Positions 56,481 through 64,000 of a stretch of DNA of 64,000 nt are shown here, piece after piece. Location of the stretch: assembly GCA_021613535.1 (NCBI GenBank), contig CP075494.1:8060001-8124000 (forward strand). Reading direction: 5' to 3'. Positions within the stretch are counted from its first letter, which is position 1; the number at the start of each line of letters is the position of its first letter. Below the pieces are notes generated by a model. That model made no database searches, had not been told where the DNA came from, and worked only from the letters and a program-made list of their open reading frames with translations. Made by a program: the position numbers and the translations under genes. This stretch comes from Adineta vaga. Its lineage: Eukaryota > Animalia > Rotifera.

Positions 56481-58714
56481 CTAGGAAACTTTATCAAGAG
56501 CTGTGAGTACAAATGTTGATCGTTTCAAGTGTTTATCTTTTTCCATAACGATGATTAAATCATGAAGATTTGCTTGACATTTACTTCGAGCAAATCTCTA
56601 GAAGATGATCGAAGAAATATTATATTTTACTATTCAATAGAAAAAAACAAACATACGGATTTTCTTAGATGATTAATCAATTTTGATTGAGTGGAAGAAA
56701 TTTGTGCATGTTGATTGATATTTTCCTCCAATTTACGTTTATTTCCTTGACTAGGAGTAGACATTGGTTCATCTTCATCATGTTCCATCTATTTTGAATA
56801 GAAATTAATTCTCTTTCCGTCGTTGTAAAGATTTAAGAACTCAAACCTGAATCGAAAGACTTGCTCGGTTTTGAGCAATTGATTTAATTTGTTCAATTAA
56901 ACATTTCAGTCTTTCTTCTGTTGCATGTGAAATAAGTGCAAGAACAGCATCATCATGAAATGTCATCGGACCAGTTTCTGATCGTTTATCTTTTTTAACT
57001 AATTGATCAAGACGTCGACGAAGAACAAGTGATGATACTAATCGCGCTTCATGAGTAATGTGACGAGTATGACGATCATCGACAGGAGCAGCCGTTGTAG
57101 TTAATAAACCATTATTTCCCAAGACATCATCTGATGAATCATCTTCATTCCTCAGAAAGAAGTTGAAAATAAGTTAGTTTATATGGGAAAAGAAACGAAC
57201 TTAAGTATTGGTCTTGGTTGTGATTGTTGTTGAAGTGAAGAAATATTAGTTAATAATGTCTTTTGACCTGTACCTATTTCAGTTTTAATCGATTGATGAT
57301 TAACTGTAATAATTTGTGGTTGTTGAAGTGTTGTTGAGGATGAAAGAAATGTTCTTTGTAAAAGTGAATCAGATTGTGGAATAATTGGTTGAATTTGTTG
57401 TTGACCAGTGAGAAGATTTGTATTTGATGATGGAGAAACTGTTGTTAAAAGTGGTCGAATACCTGTTATACTCTGAAAAACAAACAAAACTATGTCGATT
57501 ACTAAGAAAAAGAAACGTTTGGCTGATGATTCAACGAACTATTTGTGTACGAGCTTGTTGCTGTTGTTGTTGTTGTTGACCGAGTAGTGAAGGTGTTGTA
57601 CCAATGATAGTTTGTGGTGGATTTTGTTGTAGAAGATTAATTTTCTGTTGTGGTTGAACTGTTGTATATAATATTGGTTGTTGAATACCAGAATTTGATT
57701 GTTGAGTTAATAGAGATGGATTAACAACAACACGAGATGTAGTTGCTGTTGTTGGAGTTGTAATTGTCGTCGTAGTTGTAGTTTTATTTGATGGTAAATT
57801 TAATTTTTCTAATAATTCAATCGTGATCGATTGACCATATGTATTCTTCACCATTTGACGCATATATGGTAATGCTAACTAGAATTACAATCAAATGATT
57901 ATCAAGCGTGTTTTTTTCGAAAGTAAGAAAGAAAGATTTACTTTAAAAAATGGCACAAGTGATGTATGTGGTTGTGATTTATAAAGTGTATGTAATCGTT
58001 GTGTAAATGATTCCGGATCGATTGTTCCATCGAGAAGATCTTGTATACAGGATCGTACCATTGGTAATTTTTCTGGTGCTTGCTTTTCGGCTAGTTTAAG
58101 TAAGGTTGTTAGAAATGTTCGACATTTACCAACGAAATCATTTATTTGTGCCTCAGTAAATTTCGGAGCTTGTGGTGCTGTTACTGTTTGTCGAACAACT
58201 GGTTGTGCAACTAATTTTGTTGGTAAAATTGATGTTTGTTGAGAAATACCTGGTGTTATTGTTTCTAAGAAGAAATGGAGAAAAAAACAACGTTTTACAA
58301 AGATAATCTGGCAAATTTTTTACCAGATTTCATCGTTGGAGAATATTGAAGTTTTGGTGACAATTGTGTACCATTATTTGTCCAAACAGTTGGTGATATA
58401 AATTGATTCGATGTTGATAATGATTGATTAAGACGAACAATACCTGTCGATGTTGATATTGTTCCAGTTGACATAGGTTGTTGTTGTTGAAAATATGTTC
58501 CATTCGGTGTATTTGATTGACGAATATTTTGTGCCGTCATGGCAATATTGTTTATCGTTACATTATTATTCATTGGTTGAGTAAATAACAATGTTGTCTA
58601 AGATAATACGATATATTATTTGAACGCTTTAGATAGGATTGTTGGTCAACTTACTGATGTTGGTAATATTTGTGATTTCCCATTATTGGAAAATTGAGAT
58701 GAAGATGATGCCAT
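56481..58714 (-). CDS. TAF4: TFIID subunit TAF4 (TAFH domain + histone fold), multi-exon
   Basis: TAFH domain (KCRTFLTTLLKLA...SQPHTSLVPFFK|LALPYMR), a Q/T-rich linker, a histone fold (ALISHATEERLKCLIE) and C-terminal NLHDLIIVMEKD. Confidence 0.88.
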
Positions 58715-59460
58715 TGAGAATAACTAAATAGAAGAAATCATGTTAAAATTTAATTTGTGACTAGAGTAGATAGTCGAGATATAGAATCAATGGCTGAAAA
58801 CATCACTGATACCTTGTAGAGTAGAGTAGAGTTATGGTTGTTTAAAAAGAAGACAACTAACTAGCAACTATTGATGTACGCAGGACGACAATGGATGAAG
58901 TTTACGAACCAATAAATAAGCAAATCTCTATAGATGGCGCTGTAGACGAATAAATTGGAAAAAAGGATCTTTCATCTAATCGATTTCAAATATATCGATA
59001 TATAAAATGTCGTATTCATCGTACAATGATAAGAAATGAAGAATTTGAATTGTAAAGATTACGAAAATAGACATGGCCCATCATCATGAAAGTACATAGG
59101 GATTCAACGGCATGACTTTTATCATAAGTCATGAGATGCATATGAAGTCTGAACTAATTACACTTCAAAATTTCAGATACTATTTAATCAATTAGAAAAG
59201 ATATTTTATCGGATCAATCAACATGCAATTCATTTCTTTTCATTGATACTCGATTTATAAATAGAACATATAAGAGTATGCAAAAGAGAAGATTTTCAAG
59301 TCAAGAGAATTCTCTTACTCATCACAAATACTAAACTTACGCTTCTCTTTTTTCTTTTGACTCCAGTACATTTTCATGAAGTAGATCAATGTTAAACCAT
59401 CGCGATGTGACAAAATCATTTTTGTGAAAAACAAAAAACATATTTCTTTTGGTACCCAAC

Positions 59461-60512
59461 ATGTCGACAACTGAAAATCTAAATTATATTTCTCAACAAT
59501 TTAATATCTATTTTGGTTTATTCATGTTTATCTTCGGTACCATTGGTCTCTATGGAATATTCTTATACTTCGCCATTATTCTTTTCGTTTAACTTCATGT
59601 TCTATTTATATGTTAAGTGGTTCAATCGCGAGTTTAGTTCACATCTTATTTAGTTTATTAATTCGAGTACTATCCGAAGGTTTTCATATTCAACAAGCTT
59701 CTGGAAATATAGCTTGGTGTAAAATACGAAATTACATTGCAACTTGTGCATCATTAACCGCTTTGTTCTGTTTTATTTGGACTGGTATAGATCGATTTTT
59801 TTCTACCTGTCGACAAATCAAATGGCGTCATTTAAATTCTATTGCTTTTGCTAAACAAATTTGTTTATTAACAGTTATTTCATGGATGATATTCAATATT
59901 CCTATTCTTGTTTATGTAAAACCTTCATCAAAAACTGGCATTTGTATAAGTTCATCGATGATTTGGTCAAAAACATCGAGCTATATTTTGAATGTATTCT
60001 GTTTTGGAATATTTCCATGGTTTTTAACGAGTATTTTTGGAATATTAACATTGAAAAATATTCGTCGAATTCATCAACAACGTATTAATCCATTGCCATC
60101 ATTAATTGCCACACGATCATCACGTTTAGATCAACAATTAACTTCGATGTTATTTGCACAGATAATTATTTCGATTATTTCATCAGTACCATATTGTATA
60201 CAAACTATCTATGATCTCATAACTGAAACAATCATAAAAGATGACTATCGACAAGCACAAGAAAATCTTTATCTTCAAATTGTACGATTAGCTTTCGATC
60301 TCAATTATGTTTCGATGTTTTATGTAAACTATACTTCATCAGTCGTCTTTCGACGTTTATCGAAAAAAGTTTTAGTGAATTTATTCAATACAAAGGATGA
60401 TATATCAAGAGAAGTAACAGTTCTTAATCATCCAAAAAGTACTACACAAGACAAACGAGACAAAATGAAAATGTTTACAACTAATGTTCATAATGCAATC
60501 TCTTATGTATAG
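59461..60512 (+). pseudogene. Intronless orphan class A GPCR with an apparent 1-bp deletion near 59548 (pseudogene or assembly error)
   Basis: ATG 59461 gives MSTTENLNYISQQFNIYFGLFMFIFGTIG and then stops. The shifted frame continues LWNILILRHYSFRLTSCSIYML...GIDRF...SSVPY into ORF 59610-60512. Confidence 0.75.
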
Positions 60513-61330
60513 ATTTTTTAATTTGTATTATATTGAAATAAAAATTTCGTTTTTAGAATCGAATAATCGAGCGTTCAGTTAATTTAGTCATTGATACTGG
60601 AATTATCATTATCGCGTGTGAATAAAATTTCGAAGATTAAAATAACGATCTTACTGAACCAAATTTCTAAATGTTTACTTCGTCTAACGAGATATGATCG
60701 AAAGGATGAACATTTTTGTTTGATATTATTAACCATCGTTTTCATGTCTTATATGTTTTTTCTTAGGAATATAATAGTGTGAAACTAAATAGCATGTGAA
60801 AGATAACCGAGTTGAAAAGATTTAGAGTAAACAAAATGGTTGAATATGTCATGCGTCGTTTTTATTGCAGTGTTTATTTAGATTGAATGCCGCATTCGGA
60901 ACGATTTTGTTATGTCTACATAAAACGAAAGCAACAGAACGTTGGCGCAAATTGCTTTTTTAAAATAAATCATTTTCAACTGTTTAAACAAGAAAAAAAA
61001 GTTTTTTTTTCTTTTTCAAGACATTAGGTTACAGTGATTGAAAATCGTCAATCCATTCTTTTACAGGTGAGATTAGTAAGCGTATGAAACACGCCAAAAA
61101 CACTATTAGGTATGAAATAGTAAATCATCCTTGAATAATTATACATATGAACAAATAAACTATATCTGTATTAGGAAAAATGTATGCTATCAAATCGTAT
61201 GGTATGAAGTTTTCTTTTTATTTTACTAAAACATCACACAAGTCTATCGACTAAATTCATATAACTGCAATATGTTTTATTCCATTAAGGCAAATATCAT
61301 CTTCAAAACATCATCATCATACAGATATAG

Positions 61331-62443
61331 ATGAGAGAATTAAGAATAAAACGATTCAATCGTATAGTACTGTTATTTTATACCTTTTGTTTCATATTAT
61401 TAGTTCCACTTCTATTGGTAAAGAATCGAATGATCTTTGTGATTATCTTCATAACAGTGATATATACAACGATATTATATTACTTTCTTACTAAATCGCA
61501 TACTAATCAAAGCAGATCGATAGATTTATCCTCTATAGTAAAATCAGGTTTAATGAAAAACTCGCTAGTGAATCTAGATCATACTTCTTCATCGACATAT
61601 TCACTTGATTCTGAGTGTCTTCCTGTCACCAGTAACAACTCAGCTCACAATCGTACAAAAACATTCAACCTTATTTTTGAAGCTGGCCTATGGCAACAAG
61701 AAGGTAGTCGATCAGGTCCCGGGTCAACATTAGAAGGTGCATATGATTGGTTAAGACATTTACGAACATTATTTGAACATTATTCTATTCGATCAATAGC
61801 AGATATTCCATGTGGTGATACTTTTTGGCAATTTAGTCTTCGAGAAATTAATACTATTGAAGGACTTTATTTTGGTGGCGATATTTCTACTAGTGTTATT
61901 AAACAAAATGAAAAATTATACGGATCAATACATCAAAATAAACTATTTAGATATTGGGATCTTGTCAATTGTCCTATTCCAACATATACATTTAAAAATT
62001 CCACGCATCAAATAAAAACTAATCACTTTGATTTAGTTATTGTTCGTGATGCATTACAACATATGCATATTCAAAATGGTTTAAAAGCAGTACGTAATGT
62101 AATCATGTCTGGAGCGAAATTCTTTGCTCTAAGTAGCTATGCTCCATATGGTAGATCATCGGAGAAAAGTACGCGTTCAATTGGTAAAAACGAATCATTA
62201 CCGCAGACAATCCCAAATTGTGGATCGGTAGATTATTGTAAACTTGGACAAATAAAAGATGGTGGTATGTATTCAAATAATATTAACTGCTATCCGTTTA
62301 ATTTTCCGTTGAATAAAGCAATATTATTACAACCATCTCATTATAAATTTCCTATTGATACTGATGAAATGCATATTTATATGATAGATGATGAATTAAA
62401 ACGTATTGTAGCAAAATACGATACAGCTTGTCTAGAAAAATGA
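61331..62443 (+). CDS. Membrane-anchored class I SAM-dependent methyltransferase-like protein, intronless
   Basis: Two N-terminal hydrophobic segments, then SRSGPGSTLE, SIADIPCGDTFW (motif I-like), YFGGDI and DLVIVRDALQHM. Confidence 0.75.
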   Translation: MRELRIKRFNRIVLLFYTFCFILLVPLLLVKNRMIFVIIFITVIYTTILYYFLTKSHTNQSRSIDLSSIVKSGLMKNSLVNLDHTSSSTYSLDSECLPVTSNNSAHNRTKTFNLIFEAGLWQQEGSRSGPGSTLEGAYDWLRHLRTLFEHYSIRSIADIPCGDTFWQFSLREINTIEGLYFGGDISTSVIKQNEKLYGSIHQNKLFRYWDLVNCPIPTYTFKNSTHQIKTNHFDLVIVRDALQHMHIQNGLKAVRNVIMSGAKFFALSSYAPYGRSSEKSTRSIGKNESLPQTIPNCGSVDYCKLGQIKDGGMYSNNINCYPFNFPLNKAILLQPSHYKFPIDTDEMHIYMIDDELKRIVAKYDTACLEK

Positions 62444-63766
62444 TTCACAAATTGAATCCAACTAGTTGAACATTAAATGTTTTGTTTTGTTTTGTTTTGA
62501 TTGTCGATAGTTATTTTATCTTACTTCAATAATATATACGATACAAGAAAATGATTGCCAAGCGTCTTCATATCTTAGCATGTACTTCAAAGTCGTTGCT
62601 TGTTTAGTAACATGAAATTTGAAGATTTTATCATTAAATGCCATTAAAACGACTTAAACTATGACGCAGAAGATTGATACATCATCTATTACATACGTCA
62701 CAGTTTCTTTTTATCTTTTTTTTTATTGACGTCGTCATAGGAAGTACGTCTTGTCAGAACTCAACAAAGTAAATTTCAAGAAACGATCTCTCTAAAAAAA
62801 AGGATTCTCTTTTAACTATTAAAACATTTTTATTTTTTGTGTATTGTCATTAGTCTTGATAGTCTCAATCTTTCCTGAATATGATGAAGATTTAGCATGA
62901 TAAAAGTGTATTTAACGTGTCATAAGATGGAATGATTTCTCTTTTGCATCTGTCGACTAGTTATCACTCATTATAATTATTGATATATAATCGTCTTTTC
63001 AACTAAATAATAATAACATTCGTGTCAGGCAAATAACTATACTACGGCTAAGTTGAAGTATTATAAGAGTCAAAAAGAAAGTACATTCATTTGAAAACTT
63101 TACGATGTCTCATATCGTTTTTTTCATTTATAAAAACGTCCATTTCGATGCATAGTACATTTGACAAACACAATGTAATCACAAGCATTTTGTCCATAAA
63201 TACGCAAAGTATTCAGATAAGATTACATTTCAAAGGTGAATAGAATTCCAACCGAAGCTCTTTTAAATATTTGCGATCATTTTTCCATCTCAATAAGAAA
63301 ATGCTTTAAATTGACTTAATATTTTGAAGTACAATAATAATAACATGCGTTTAATCGTATATATTAACATTAATCCTTATTTATTTTTCTGTAATCTAGT
63401 TGTTAACAACAATCTCATATTGAGTATGCTTTTGAATATATATTAGCTGAATATCAGCGAGAAAGTTCTGTGTTCTTTGTCAGATCCAACACCAGTCGCA
63501 AGTTCCCTCTATCGTTTTAAAGTCGAGAGTATACGGAGAAGAAAGAATGCGAGATTCAAATCCACATAGCATGGTATTAACAGTGGCGTATTTTTTTATG
63601 ATGTGCCTTTTTCTCTTCTCTTTCTCTAACTCACGCTTTCCGTCTTCAGACAGTCACAATTTTGTAGGCGAAGAAAGCTGACACATAAAAAAAAATAATG
63701 ATCTATTCTTTTTACTTTTTTTATTCCGTTCTCATCTTTCTCTTTACAATCTAAGAGTTAGTTGTC

Positions 63767-63930
63767 TCAACAGAGATTATTTTGATCTCTTTGTTGCTTT
63801 TTTTCTTCTTTTTTTATTATTAATCCATGTTGGCCATTGGAAATAATTCTAATAGTGGTTTTGATTTAATTTTACATATTTTTTGTTACTTACTTCTTCC
63901 CGGTTGGATTCTTCTTGCCATATTTCATCT
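63767..63930 (-). CDS. Possible terminal exons of a gene continuing beyond the window
   Basis: A strong GAA|GTAAGT donor near 63893 and a TATTAG acceptor join DEIWQEESNREE|NYFQWPTWINNKKEEKKQQRDQNNLC*. Confidence 0.3.
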
Positions 63931-64000
63931 ACTTGGTTTTACATTTGGGTAAGAGAAAATTTGATATGTAGAAATGGATATTCGAACTATACTCTATAAT

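Overview
This is an AT-rich, gene-dense eukaryotic (animal) genomic window with many short (about 50-70 nt) GT-AG introns. The intron size, orphan rhodopsin-like GPCRs, a cellular RdRP and several intron-bearing genes of non-metazoan appearance suggest a bdelloid rotifer (inference). About 29 protein-coding genes can be reconstructed. Conserved metazoan genes include SET/NAP, SSR3, LMAN2/VIP36, MMADHC, ninjurin, MIER1, nischarin, lingerer/UBAP2, eIF4H, UNC119, MORC2, an aquaglyceroporin and TAF4. Likely horizontally acquired genes include a PatA/YgjG-type putrescine aminotransferase with 6 introns, a PuuB/OrdL-like FAD oxidoreductase, a non-metazoan-type phosphate carrier, an SDR epimerase, a tandem HIT-like protein and an intronless methyltransferase. 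The most notable signal is in the 5' leaders of the two putative putrescine-catabolic genes, about 7 kb apart. Both have a +1-frame upstream reading frame whose TGA overlaps the main ATG (ATGA). Both encode similar motifs (TTxG[VI]T and RI[KQ][FY]N[IF]S), and one has an antizyme-like TTT-TGA site. This is a candidate polyamine-sensing translational control system on a foreign pathway, and it remains an untested hypothesis. Apparent single-base frameshifts in two genes warn that the assembly may contain indel errors.
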